Part shown: piece after piece, positions 1 through 9,411 of the stretch
Position numbering within the stretch: position 1 is the stretch's first letter
Layout: each line of letters opens with the position of its first letter
Assembly (NCBI GenBank): GCA_026387575.1
Contig: JAPLLK010000092.1
Location: forward strand, 1 to 60,652
Reading direction: 5' to 3'
DNA from: Nitrospirota bacterium
GTDB taxonomy: Bacteria; Nitrospirota; Thermodesulfovibrionia; Thermodesulfovibrionales; UBA1546
Length of the DNA: 60,652 nt
Made by a program: the position numbers and the translations under genes
The notes under the pieces: generated by a model
What the model saw: only the letters and a program-made list of their open reading frames with translations
The model's database searches: none
Told to the model about the DNA's origin: nothing

Positions 1-797
1 TCCGGCAGCCCGCGCACTTCTTTATATGAAAATACAGGGCCGTCCTTGCACACAAATAAACCTGAATGCTGGCAGTGCCCGCACTGGGCAATGCCGCACT
101 TCATCCTTCTTTCAAGCGATACATAAAGCGATGACTGTGACATGCCATGCATGATAAGCCCCCTGCATACAAAATGCATCATTATCTCAGGCCCGCAGAC
201 AAAAGCAATTGCCCTTTCAGGTTTTATCTTAACCCTGTCAATCAAATCAGTAACAAGGCCTATATGATTTTCCCATCTCTGAGGTTGAACAGCTTCGTCA
301 ATTGTCAGATAAATCGCTACCTCTTTTGACCATCCATCAAACTCATCCATAAAAAGCATATTCTTTTCATTTCTTGCCCCGTAGATGAGGCTCACATCTC
401 GGAATGATTCTCTTTGATTTAAAACTATCTGAATAACAGGTCTCAACGGCGCAAGCCCCACGCCTCCTGCAACGATGAGAATATCTTTATTCTCTGCCTT
501 CTTAACAGGCCAGCCCCTGCCATAGGGACCCCTGAAAAAAAGCTCGTCACCTTTTTTAAAATCCTTCAAAAAATCCGTCACTCTTCCTGCGGACTTTATC
601 GTGTGCTTAAAAGAGCCGTCCTGCATAATTGCGCTCAGGGATATAGGCGCTTCGCCGACACCAGGGTAACCTATCATATTAAACTGTCCCGGTCCTGCTA
701 AAAAAGAAAACTCTGTTGAGAGTGTGTATGTCCTAACTCCCTCTGTCTCTGTTTTTACATCATCTACCTTTGCCCTTAATGGTTTAAGCGGATTCAT
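1..797 (-). CDS. FAD/NAD(P)-binding oxidoreductase with C-terminal [2Fe-2S]-type Cys cluster (sulfhydrogenase gamma / AsrB / PyrK-like); 3' end runs off the window
   Basis: Not in the ORF track because it is open to the window edge. My minus-strand translation from ATG 797 reads MNPLKPLRAKVDDVKTETEGVRTYTL...GPYGRGWP...ILIVAGGVGLAPLRP...CGPEIMMHF...RMKCGIAQCGHCQ. Its start overlaps the stop of the upstream 4Fe-4S gene by 14 nt. Confidence 0.7.
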   Translation of the reverse strand, partial: MNPLKPLRAKVDDVKTETEGVRTYTLSTEFSFLAGPGQFNMIGYPGVGEAPISLSAIMQDGSFKHTIKSAGRVTDFLKDFKKGDELFFRGPYGRGWPVKKAENKDILIVAGGVGLAPLRPVIQIVLNQRESFRDVSLIYGARNEKNMLFMDEFDGWSKEVAIYLTIDEAVQPQRWENHIGLVTDLIDRVKIKPERAIAFVCGPEIMMHFVCRGLIMHGMSQSSLYVSLERRMKCGIAQCGHCQHSGLFVCKDGPVFSYKEVRGLP

Positions 798-1854
798 ATC
801 TCTGTATCTCTTTTGTTATCTCTGTAAGGTCAATTCCTGTCGGACACCATGTTATGCACCTGCCGCATCCGACAGTTCCGAAAACTCCGTACTGATTTGT
901 CTGATCCAATTTGTGCGTAACAAACTGTCTGAGCCTTGCAGCCCTCCTCTGCCTGAAATTGCCTCCGTGGACTTCTGCAAACCTTATGTCCTGACATGCA
1001 TCAAAACACCTGTATCTTGTTACTGTCTTAAGATCCATGCTCATCTCATCTCTCAGGTCATAACAAAAACATGTCGGGCATACCATGACACAGTTTGCGC
1101 ATGAAAGACATCTATCTTCCGCTGTCTGCTGCCAGACAGGGTGTTCCATGTTTTCTGCAAAAATATTGTCAAGCCCTGAAACATTTATAGTTTTTCTAAA
1201 TTTACCCTTCATTGTTTTTTCCTTCTCTGCTTTAAGCCTCATCTCCTCCCTGCCGGCGCCCCTGCCTTCAAACCCGAATAATTCCTCTGCCTCTCTGCTT
1301 TTTATCTCTGCGAGATATTCGTTTTCAAAGTCTGTGAGGAGCATATCATAGCCTGATGCTGCGTGAAGAAAAGGTCCGGCACCAACTGATGAGCAGAAGC
1401 AGTTCTCTAAGACGCGTGTGCAGTTCAACGCGATGATTATAGTGTTTTTTCGCCTTGCTTCATAGTGCGGGTCTTTAAACGTACGAAGAAATGTCCTGTC
1501 AAGGTAGAGTATCGCATTCACATCGCAGGGATGCACTCCGACAATTACCTGCTTTTCTGCAATCGGAGCAATTTCATCTATTGTTATCTTCCCATTCATA
1601 GCAAATCTGAAAAGCTCTTCATTCGGTTTATAGAGAAAAAGTTTTCCCGGAGAGAGCATAGTGATTTCATACTCCATAAAAAGCTCTTCTGAAGAATTCA
1701 CCTCCTTAAAAACAGCATGATTGCCTGTTTTGACAGGGCCTATAAGCTTGTAATCTTTCTTCAAAGAATCAAGCCACAGGAGAAAAGCCTTTTTAGGAAT
1801 CAGACGTTTAAATTTTTGGAAAGTGCGTTCCCCAGTCATACCATTTCCAGACAT
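784..1854 (-). CDS. 4Fe-4S dicluster protein, sulfhydrogenase beta / anaerobic sulfite reductase AsrA-like
   Basis: 356-aa ORF with ferredoxin-type motifs CLSCANCVMVCPTCFC and CGRCITWCPTG. It is translationally coupled to the downstream FAD/2Fe-2S subunit. Confidence 0.75.
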   Translation of the reverse strand: MSGNGMTGERTFQKFKRLIPKKAFLLWLDSLKKDYKLIGPVKTGNHAVFKEVNSSEELFMEYEITMLSPGKLFLYKPNEELFRFAMNGKITIDEIAPIAEKQVIVGVHPCDVNAILYLDRTFLRTFKDPHYEARRKNTIIIALNCTRVLENCFCSSVGAGPFLHAASGYDMLLTDFENEYLAEIKSREAEELFGFEGRGAGREEMRLKAEKEKTMKGKFRKTINVSGLDNIFAENMEHPVWQQTAEDRCLSCANCVMVCPTCFCYDLRDEMSMDLKTVTRYRCFDACQDIRFAEVHGGNFRQRRAARLRQFVTHKLDQTNQYGVFGTVGCGRCITWCPTGIDLTEITKEIQRYESA

Positions 1855-2863
1855 CCCTTGTCAGGTCTTTATATTCGGTTTTTATATGCTCAAACAGGCG
1901 TGCATTTTCTATTGCGATAGCGCCCTGACATGCAAGGGCAGAAAGAAAATCTATCTCTGACTCGCTGAAGGTATAGGGTACAGACGTGTATAACCTGAGA
2001 ACTCCTATTGCTTTCCCCCTGACAGTAAGGGGCAGAGAAAGAAGCGACATTATGCCTTCCCTTATTATCTCATCTGGATATTGAAGCCTTTTGTCCTTCC
2101 TGATGTCAGGCGCTGATACAACCTTACATTTGAGACACTCTCTGTCTATGGGGCTCTTCGCAACTTCAATAGGTCCTTTTTCCAGATACGCCCTGCTCAG
2201 GCCGTAAGCTGCCTTGACCTCAAGCGTTCCTTTTTCCTCGTCAAGAAGCCTGATTGATGAAGCCCTCATCCCCAGTGTCTTTGCTGCATTTTCTACTATC
2301 ATCTGAAGAACTTTCTCAAGTGAAAGGGTTGAACTTATTGACTGGGATATTTTTATCAAGGCGCGCATTTCGTCCCATATCCTTGCCCTGTCTGCAAGTA
2401 TGCCTCCCAGAAATGCAAGTGCCCTGAGTCTGTCTATCTCTCCGGCAGTAAAATCATGAGGCGCTGCTGTATAGACCCTGACAACGCCTATAGCCCTCTT
2501 ATCCGCCATAAGCGGAACGCTGAGCACTGATTTTATGCCTTCTTTTTTAGCCTCTTCAAGATAAAGGACATGCGGCTCCTTTAATATGTTTTTGGTCTTT
2601 ACAGCCTTTCCTTTAAGAACCTTCTGATCAACAGGATGTTTCTTCAGGATAACAGGGCCTTTTTTCAGATATTTCTTGCTCAGGCCATATGCAGCCGCTA
2701 TCTCAAGAGTCTGATTCTTTTCATCAAGCAGCCTGATCGTTGAGCCTTTAACATCCATAATCTCTGTGATATTTTTTGCGAGAATGTTCAGTGTGGTATC
2801 GAGGCCGCGCGCCCTAGCCAGTTCACCGCAGAGAGCGCACATATCGTCTTGTTGTCTCTTCAT
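1808..2863 (-). CDS. tandem GAF-domain protein with no recognisable output domain
   Basis: 351-aa ORF with two internally similar halves (...IRLLDEKNQTLEIAAAYGLSKKYLKKGPV... and ...IRLLDEEKGTLEVKAAYGLSRAYLEKGPI...), which is the typical GAF pattern. Confidence 0.75.
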   Translation of the reverse strand: MKRQQDDMCALCGELARARGLDTTLNILAKNITEIMDVKGSTIRLLDEKNQTLEIAAAYGLSKKYLKKGPVILKKHPVDQKVLKGKAVKTKNILKEPHVLYLEEAKKEGIKSVLSVPLMADKRAIGVVRVYTAAPHDFTAGEIDRLRALAFLGGILADRARIWDEMRALIKISQSISSTLSLEKVLQMIVENAAKTLGMRASSIRLLDEEKGTLEVKAAYGLSRAYLEKGPIEVAKSPIDRECLKCKVVSAPDIRKDKRLQYPDEIIREGIMSLLSLPLTVRGKAIGVLRLYTSVPYTFSESEIDFLSALACQGAIAIENARLFEHIKTEYKDLTRDVWKWYDWGTHFPKI

Positions 2864-2894
2864 AAGACAACCCTATCAAACAGAAGAAGGGTTG

Positions 2895-3120
2895 TCAATA
2901 TTTTGTATAAGTTCCATACAAATGCGACATACCCCTTTTCTGGATAAGGTAGCCGATTGGAGTCATCTTACCAAGAGACTTGTGAATTCTCTTGGTATTG
3001 TAGAAAAGCAGGTATTCTGCGAGATGCGAGTGAAAAAGAGACTTGTCATGTATAACATCCAAACCGAGCACGCTCGTGCTTAATGGCCCATTACTGCCTA
3101 ACGTCGCATATGTATCGTAA
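2895..3120 (-). pseudogene. C-terminal remnant of a DDE (rve / integrase-core) transposase
   Basis: My minus-strand translation reads ...VLGLDVIHDKSLFHSHLAEYLLFYNTKRIHKSLGKMTPIGYLIQK...*. The YNxxRxHxSLGxxTP block is the conserved C-terminus of IS3/IS481-type transposases. The frame is closed by TGA about 75 codons upstream, so no catalytic core remains. Confidence 0.6.
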
Positions 3121-3146
3121 CTTTTTCAGGATTATCATCAGTGCTG

Positions 3147-4478
3147 CTATGAAACGCGTTTTGCATTTGAAGCCTTTTCAGCCTCTTTCCTTTTCGCCTC
3201 GTATCCTTTTTTTCCCATCATGCCATAAGTGAAGTTCTTGCCCTCCTCAACACCGGGCTGGTTAAACGGATTCACGCCATATAAAAAACCTGTGAACGCT
3301 GTCGCCACCTCAAAAAAATGGAATAACTGTCCCATATGATAAGCATCTATCTTCGGAATGCTTATTGTCATATTCGGCCTTTTAATCTTTGACAAGGCAA
3401 GCTCTGTTGATTCCTGTTCTGCCTTAATAAGCCCTGATAGCGTGTGCCCTCCGAGATAGCTCGTTCCTTCCACATCCTTAAAAACCCTTGGTATTTCAAA
3501 GTCAACCCCATAATCATCAACTTTTATAAATACGACAACTTTATCCTCCGGCCCTTCCATCCACAACTGAAGCTGGGAATGCTGGTCTGTTGTGCCGAGT
3601 GACGGATAAGGCGTAAGTCCTAATCCCGATTTCCCGAGGCTCTCTGCCCATAACTGGCAGAACCATTCTGCCGTTGGTTTCAGTCCGTCTGCATAAGGAA
3701 TCAAAACATTTATGTTTCTCTTCTCCTCCCTTTCCATGAGATAAAGAAGAGTTCCGAAAAGATATGCAGGGTTTTTCCATATCTCTGCATCCGAGCATTT
3801 ACTGTGAATATCCCCTGCGCCTTTAAGCATTTCACCTGAATCAATGCCTATGACCTCAGCAAGAAGCAAACCAACAGGGCTAAGGACAGAATATCTTCCT
3901 ACAACACCCTGCGGAATTGAGAGTGTCCTGAATCCCTTTTCATTCGCAATCTTTCTCAGGCTGCCTTTTTCAGGGTCAGTTATCGCAATAAAATTCTTTG
4001 TTGGATCAGAAACAGCGCTGTTCATCTTATCCCAGAGGATCATGAAAGAGGCTATTGTCTCGGCAGTGCTTCCTGACTTTGTAATGACATTAACCGCTGT
4101 CTTTTTAAGGTCTGCCAGCGATAAAATCCGATGAAGTGTCCTCGGATCAACATTATCATAAACAAACACCTTTGGCTTTTTGTCAAGGTTGTGGAAAGGG
4201 CTCAACGCCTCAAGTATTGCCCTCGGGCCAAGCGCAGAGCCGCCGATACCGAGTATTAAGAAGTTCTCAGATTTTTCCCTGACATCTGATGCGATTTTTT
4301 TTATCTCTGCTGTGTCCTGTTCAAGAAGGTCTATAAAGGCGAGTTCAGGTCTTTCTTTGGCTTTTATCCTTTTATCAATCTCATGCACCACTGCCTTTAT
4401 GCCTTCTATCTGTCTCTCGGAGACGCCCTTCTCGCCTATCACCTCTCCCATCATATTTGAAAAATTTAGCTCAAGCAT
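3147..4478 (-). CDS. pgi: glucose-6-phosphate isomerase (short type)
   Basis: 443 aa with PGI/SIS signatures LILGIGGSALGP and ITKSGSTAET and a conserved C-terminal catalytic region. Confidence 0.9.
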   Translation of the reverse strand: MLELNFSNMMGEVIGEKGVSERQIEGIKAVVHEIDKRIKAKERPELAFIDLLEQDTAEIKKIASDVREKSENFLILGIGGSALGPRAILEALSPFHNLDKKPKVFVYDNVDPRTLHRILSLADLKKTAVNVITKSGSTAETIASFMILWDKMNSAVSDPTKNFIAITDPEKGSLRKIANEKGFRTLSIPQGVVGRYSVLSPVGLLLAEVIGIDSGEMLKGAGDIHSKCSDAEIWKNPAYLFGTLLYLMEREEKRNINVLIPYADGLKPTAEWFCQLWAESLGKSGLGLTPYPSLGTTDQHSQLQLWMEGPEDKVVVFIKVDDYGVDFEIPRVFKDVEGTSYLGGHTLSGLIKAEQESTELALSKIKRPNMTISIPKIDAYHMGQLFHFFEVATAFTGFLYGVNPFNQPGVEEGKNFTYGMMGKKGYEAKRKEAEKASNAKRVS

Positions 4479-4495
4479 AATATTCCTCCATAGAT

Positions 4496-4858
4496 TCAGG
4501 CCTCTTTCGCTGCCTTGAATCCCTCTTTAAGAAGCACAATTAAAACTGTTGTAATTCCCACAAAAATCCCAGCTATATTTATGACCTTAAGCCACATAAG
4601 TATAAGCAGAATTACAAAAAGAATAAAAAGCCTTATAAGGCTGAAGAAGACAAGCTTTCCGCTTACCTGCTCTGCTGCGCCGACTAGTCCTCCGATACCC
4701 CATGCAAGCCCCTTGAGATTAGCAAGAGCGAGTATCCCGCCAATCAGGATGCTCAGTGGAAGCCTCTTCCACTCAATTACAGCCGAAACTATCGCAAAAG
4801 GTATCAGTACAAAAACAGACTGCCTATATACCCTTTTTATTATTTCCGTCATCTCCAT
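4496..4858 (-). CDS. ATP synthase protein I-like (AtpI family) membrane protein
   Basis: 120 aa with about 4 hydrophobic helices. It directly follows and overlaps the AtpZ-like gene. Confidence 0.55.
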   Translation of the reverse strand: MEMTEIIKRVYRQSVFVLIPFAIVSAVIEWKRLPLSILIGGILALANLKGLAWGIGGLVGAAEQVSGKLVFFSLIRLFILFVILLILMWLKVINIAGIFVGITTVLIVLLKEGFKAAKEA

Positions 4859-5063
4859 CGTATGTCTTCCTCGCCATTCTTATAAGTTCGCGAAAACCTG
4901 CGATTATCCCGAGCATCAAGAAGATTATAGTAAACCACGGAGAAGTATTGAAGAGCTTATCAAGTCCGTATCCCATAGCAAGGCCGACAAATGTTGCAAG
5001 CACAAGGTTAAGCCCTATTGTGCTTGCCTCAAGAAGCTGCCTGAATAATGGTTTATCTGCCAT
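4824..5063 (-). CDS. AtpZ/AtpI-family small membrane protein
   Basis: 79 aa with 2 TM helices. The pattern ...LGLNLVLATFVGLAMGYGLDKLFNTSPWFTIIFLMLGIIAGFRELIRMA resembles AtpZ (putative F0F1-ATPase subunit family). No obvious Shine-Dalgarno sequence precedes it. Confidence 0.55.
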   Translation of the reverse strand: MADKPLFRQLLEASTIGLNLVLATFVGLAMGYGLDKLFNTSPWFTIIFLMLGIIAGFRELIRMARKTYDGDDGNNKKGI

Positions 5064-5068
5064 AAAAG

Positions 5069-5141
5069 TTAAGAGAAAGTTAAAAGTTAAAAATGAAAAG
5101 TTAAAATAAGGACGGATTTACAACTCTTAACTTTCTCTTAA
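5069..5141. repeat. 15-bp perfect inverted repeat (TTAAGAGAAAGTTAA / TTAACTTTCTCTTAA) enclosing AAGTTAAA-type short tandem repeats
   Basis: Arms at 5069-5083 and 5127-5141 with a 43-nt loop. The right arm includes the hemL stop codon and the left arm lies 6 nt from the AtpZ-like start. Confidence 0.7.
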
Positions 5142-6440
5142 AGACTCGTAAGCTGCTTTTACTGTTTTCTCTATGTCTTTTTCCGTATGCGCAAGCGACA
5201 TAAAACCTGCTTCAAACTGGGAAGGCGCAATATTAACACCCCTCTTAAGCATCCCTCTAAAGAATCTTGCAAACTTTGCAGTATCCGAAGTCTTTGCACT
5301 GCTGTAATCAAAAATATCCTTATCCGTAAAATATGTGCAGAACATAGCGCCTGCCCTGTAAAATCTGGTCTTGACACCAGCCTTCCTTGCTGCATCAACC
5401 AGCCCTTCTTCAAGCATTGCACAGAGTTTTTCAAGCTTTTTATATGTCCCTTTGCCTGATAGAATCTTGAGGGTTTCAATCCCTGCTGTCATTGCAAGCG
5501 GATTCCCTGAAAGCGTGCCTGCCTGATAAACAGGGCCCTCCGGCGACACCATTGACATAATCTCTTTTTTGCCTCCGTATGCGCCAACAGGAAGCCCGCC
5601 TCCTATCACCTTGCCAAGACATGTCATGTCAGGCTTTATCTTAAAATATTCCTGAGCGCCTCCATACGCAACCCTGAAACCTGTCATAACCTCATCAAAT
5701 ATCAGGACGATTCCGCATTCCTCTGTTATCTCTCTCAGCGCCTCAAGGAATCCCGGACGCGGAAGAACGCATCCGATATTGCCAACAACAGGCTCAACTA
5801 TCACACATGCTATTGATTTCCTCTCTCTGTCAATCACCCTCCTCAATGCGTTTGGATCATTAAACGGAAGAGTTATAGTGTTCTGAGCATAGGATTTCGG
5901 AACTCCGGGGCTGTCAGGGACTCCAAAGGTCATTGCTCCTGAACCCGCCTTAACAAGCAGGCCGTCCGCATGTCCGTGATAACAGCCCTCAAATTTTATT
6001 ATCTTATCCCTCTTTGTAAATCCCCTCGCAACCCTTATTGCGCTCATCGTTGCCTCGGTCCCTGAATTTACCATCCTTACCTTATCCATGGACGGATATG
6101 CCTTAATAACAAGGGTTGCAAGTTCGATTTCAAGAGGGGTTGGAGCGCCGTAGCTTGTTCCTCGTTCTATCGCTGATTTCAGAGCCTTAACTACTTTTGG
6201 ATGGCTATGCCCGAGTATGAGAGGCCCCCACGAAAGCACATAATCAATGTATGAATTGCCGTCTACATCGTATATCTTAGAGCCCTTCGCCCTTTTGATA
6301 AAAATAGGGTTCCCGCCTACAGCCTTAAAAGCCCTCACAGGGCTGTTCACTCCTCCCGGAATCACAGCCTTTGCCTGATTAAAATATTTCTGAGATTTCT
6401 GATAGGTTTTCATCTTCTGAAAGTGCTCAAAGTCTATCAC
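5127..6440 (-). CDS. hemL: glutamate-1-semialdehyde 2,1-aminomutase
   Basis: 437 aa with the [10 protein letters not shown] signature and class-III aminotransferase layout. Confidence 0.95.
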   Translation of the reverse strand: MIDFEHFQKMKTYQKSQKYFNQAKAVIPGGVNSPVRAFKAVGGNPIFIKRAKGSKIYDVDGNSYIDYVLSWGPLILGHSHPKVVKALKSAIERGTSYGAPTPLEIELATLVIKAYPSMDKVRMVNSGTEATMSAIRVARGFTKRDKIIKFEGCYHGHADGLLVKAGSGAMTFGVPDSPGVPKSYAQNTITLPFNDPNALRRVIDRERKSIACVIVEPVVGNIGCVLPRPGFLEALREITEECGIVLIFDEVMTGFRVAYGGAQEYFKIKPDMTCLGKVIGGGLPVGAYGGKKEIMSMVSPEGPVYQAGTLSGNPLAMTAGIETLKILSGKGTYKKLEKLCAMLEEGLVDAARKAGVKTRFYRAGAMFCTYFTDKDIFDYSSAKTSDTAKFARFFRGMLKRGVNIAPSQFEAGFMSLAHTEKDIEKTVKAAYESLRES

Positions 6441-6527
6441 GAAAATATTTTATATGTCAAACATCTTCTGAATTATCACAGAGAGACGATTATTTGACTT
6501 TACGCATTTTTTTGGTTATTCTTCATC

Positions 6528-6782
6528 ATGGATTGGCTCATAAAATCTGCCATTGTTATAGGTCTTTTTTCCCTCACATTCATGCTTAACATGCCCTTTG
6601 GTTACCTGCGGGGAAAAACAAAAAAGTTTTCATTCAAATGGTTTCTTTATATACACCTGCCAATACCGTTTGTCATGCTTGCAAGAATATTATCCAATAT
6701 TGATATGACATATATCCCCTTGTTCTTGTTAGCCGCAGTAATAGGCCAGGTCTGGGGCGGAAAGCTGGAGTTTAAATCTTGA
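6528..6782 (+). CDS. small membrane protein (hypothetical)
   Basis: 84 aa with 3 hydrophobic segments. Its stop overlaps the TTG start of the next gene. Confidence 0.5.
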   Translation: MDWLIKSAIVIGLFSLTFMLNMPFGYLRGKTKKFSFKWFLYIHLPIPFVMLARILSNIDMTYIPLFLLAAVIGQVWGGKLEFKS

Positions 6783-7795
6783 AAGCTAATATCCTCCTAA
6801 GCCCGCGTAAGATAGAGATTCGCGAGTTGAAAGTTCCAGAACCTTCCCGTGGAGAAATCCTTGTAAAGATTAAGGCAGCGCTTACCTGCGGAACAGACCT
6901 TAAGGCTTTCAGCAGAGGCCACCATGTAATTCCAATGCCTGGAGTCTTTGGACACGAATTCTCCGGAATAATTGAGGCAACAGGCAAAGGAGTAAAAAAA
7001 TTCAGAAAAGGCAACGAGATAATGGCAGTCCACAGCGCTCCCTGCCTTAAGTGCAGCTACTGTAAAAAGGGTCTTTTTAATATCTGCAAAAATATAATGG
7101 AGACCAAAGTGCTCGGAGCATTTGCAGAGTATATCCTGCTACCGGAGCATATCGTGAAACAGAATGTATTTCGCAAACCTAAAAATCTGACATTTGAAGA
7201 GGCTGCATTCCTTGAGCCGCTGTCATGTGTTATACATGGCATGCATGGATTGCAGATAAAAAAAGGTGGCAGGGCATTGATAATAGGCGCGGGGCCAATC
7301 GGGCTTCTCCATCTTCTTTTACTGAAAAATAAAGGCGCTGATGTAATAATTTCAGGCTTTGAGAAAAAGCGCCTTGCGCTTGCAAAAAAACTCGGCGCTA
7401 TATCAGCAGTAACGCCTGATAGCATTGAATCTGAGGTAGAAAATTTTACCGGAGGGTTAGGCGTTGACTATGTATTTGAGTGCACAGGCCAACCTGCCGT
7501 ATGGCAGTCAGCGGTATATTATGTCAGAAGAGGCGGGACAGTTATTCTATTCGGAGGATGCAAGACAGGCACAACAGTAACTTATGATACGAGCAGGCTT
7601 CACTATGATGAGATAACATTAAAGGGAGTATTCCATTTCACACCTGCTGATGTTAAAGAGGCATATAGCCTGCTGAAAAAACGGGAGATACCTGTATCAA
7701 AGCTAATCTCAGGGAAATATCTCCTGACCGATACTGAAAAGGCGTTTCTAAAGCTCATGGAAGGCGAAGGGATAAAATATGCGATTATTCCCTGA
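6779..7795 (+). CDS. Zn-dependent alcohol/polyol dehydrogenase (MDR family)
   Basis: 338 aa with the GHEFSG catalytic-Zn motif, the structural-Zn Cys cluster CLKCSYCKKGLFNIC and the GAGPIGL Rossmann motif. Confidence 0.85.
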   Translation: MKANILLSPRKIEIRELKVPEPSRGEILVKIKAALTCGTDLKAFSRGHHVIPMPGVFGHEFSGIIEATGKGVKKFRKGNEIMAVHSAPCLKCSYCKKGLFNICKNIMETKVLGAFAEYILLPEHIVKQNVFRKPKNLTFEEAAFLEPLSCVIHGMHGLQIKKGGRALIIGAGPIGLLHLLLLKNKGADVIISGFEKKRLALAKKLGAISAVTPDSIESEVENFTGGLGVDYVFECTGQPAVWQSAVYYVRRGGTVILFGGCKTGTTVTYDTSRLHYDEITLKGVFHFTPADVKEAYSLLKKREIPVSKLISGKYLLTDTEKAFLKLMEGEGIKYAIIP

Positions 7796-7831
7796 ATACG
7801 CGTTTCTCCGGAATTGGAAAACTGTTTCCAT

Positions 7832-8857
7832 ATGAAAGCCGCTAAACTCTACAGTTTTAATGATATCAGGATTGAGGATATTCCAATTCCCAAAATTGGT
7901 CGGGGAGACGCCCTCATAAAGACACATGCCTGCGGCATATGTTCAGGAGATGTTATGCCGTGGTATATAGAGAAAAAAGCTCCGGTTGTCATCGGGCATG
8001 AGCCCACAGGCGAGATAGTAGAAGTCGGCAAAGACGTTACTTCATTTAAATCCAATAACAGGGTTTTTACGCATCATCATGCGCCGTGCTTTACGTGCAG
8101 ATTATGCAGGCGCGGGGATTATGTTCAGTGCGAGACATGGAAAAACACAAAGATAATTCCCGGAGGGATTTCAGAATACATTCTCATACCTCAGATTAAT
8201 CTTGAAAACGATACCCTGAGCCTTCCTGATACGCTCAGCTACGAAGACGGCACATTGATAGAGCCAACTGCATGTGTTGTTAAAGCTCTGAAAAGAGTCG
8301 GCATAAGAAGAGGAGACACAGTCCTTATTATAGGGCTGGGCATCATGGGACAGCTAAATATCCTTCTTGCAAAAAGATACGGCGCAGGCATGGTAATCGG
8401 AGCTGACATGATTGCATTCAGATTAAATAAGGCGAAAGAACTGGGCGCAGATGAGGTGATTGATGTTTCAAAAGATAATCTCATTGATGAGCTTAAAAAC
8501 CTGACAGACGGCATAATGGCGGATGTGGTTGTGGTCGGGCCAAACAGCGCTGATGCAATGAAGCAGGGCATAGAGTGCACAGGCGCCGGAGGAAAAGTCT
8601 TGTTTTTTACTCCTGCAAAGCCCGGCGAACGCCTCACAATTGAACCGAATGATTTGTATTTCAAAGATATTGACATAGTCACGAGCTATTCATGCGGCCC
8701 TACTGATACAGCGGATGCGCTTGAAATAATAGAAAGCGGAATTGTAAGCGCTGAAAAGCTTGTTACGCACAGATTCCCGATAGAAAAAACTGCAGAGGCA
8801 TTCAGGTTGACGGCAGAGGCAAAAGACTCACTGAAGAGCGTGATTGTGTTTGAGTAG
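7832..8857 (+). CDS. Zn-dependent alcohol/polyol dehydrogenase (MDR family)
   Basis: Motifs CGICSGD, GHEPTGE, CFTCRLCRRGDYVQC and GLGIMG. I moved the start to ATG 7832 (MKAAKLY...) from the track's TTG at 7814. It is a paralog of 33663-34688. Confidence 0.85.
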   Translation: MKAAKLYSFNDIRIEDIPIPKIGRGDALIKTHACGICSGDVMPWYIEKKAPVVIGHEPTGEIVEVGKDVTSFKSNNRVFTHHHAPCFTCRLCRRGDYVQCETWKNTKIIPGGISEYILIPQINLENDTLSLPDTLSYEDGTLIEPTACVVKALKRVGIRRGDTVLIIGLGIMGQLNILLAKRYGAGMVIGADMIAFRLNKAKELGADEVIDVSKDNLIDELKNLTDGIMADVVVVGPNSADAMKQGIECTGAGGKVLFFTPAKPGERLTIEPNDLYFKDIDIVTSYSCGPTDTADALEIIESGIVSAEKLVTHRFPIEKTAEAFRLTAEAKDSLKSVIVFE

Positions 8858-8918
8858 AAGGATTTAAACAGGCGCTGACCTTATTTTTGTTTTGTATTTG
8901 AGGAAGTACTATTGTTTA

Positions 8919-9311
8919 TTAATACCTGTACGTTAGGCTTTTCAAATCAGATTCTATGTTTGAAAGGTCGGTTTTCAGTTCTGACATATCATATTCCATG
9001 CTCGAAATATCAGATTCCAATCTTGAAATGTGAGACACCGACTTAATAGAGAGAAAAGCCACCGTTGTAATTAGTAAAAAGAGTAATATATTAGCTTTGT
9101 TGCTTCCGCTCTCTATATTTAGAAGCGGTCGAATTTTCCTAATGTATAACCAGATAGACAGCGTTATGAAAATATTTAAAAAGAGCCATGTTTCATCATC
9201 CCGCCTACCATAAATTCCGCCCAGTTTGCTTACAAGATAAGTGAACGGTGCGGTCATAAGATACAAATATGCATACGTCTTAAGTTCTTCCTTTGTAAAT
9301 AGTTTTCTCAT
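8919..9311 (-). CDS. hypothetical membrane protein with C-terminal repetitive coiled-coil
   Basis: 130 aa with TM segments followed by SHISRLESDISSMEYDMSELKTDLSNIESDLKSL. The repeat is also visible in the DNA (tcagattc...ttgaaa twice). Confidence 0.5.
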   Translation of the reverse strand: MRKLFTKEELKTYAYLYLMTAPFTYLVSKLGGIYGRRDDETWLFLNIFITLSIWLYIRKIRPLLNIESGSNKANILLFLLITTVAFLSIKSVSHISRLESDISSMEYDMSELKTDLSNIESDLKSLTYRY

Positions 9312-9411
9312 AAGTCCCCCTCTGAATGGAATAAGCTTCTTTATTTGCTTTTGCAGTTCTTGTTCACATTGCCTGCAATTTCCTTTCTATCGCGCATTCC
9401 TTATATATTCC

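Noticed and set aside
2766-3083. 105-aa plus-strand ORF
   Set aside because: Its 5' part is antisense to the GAF gene start, and its 3' part is the antisense shadow of the transposase remnant.
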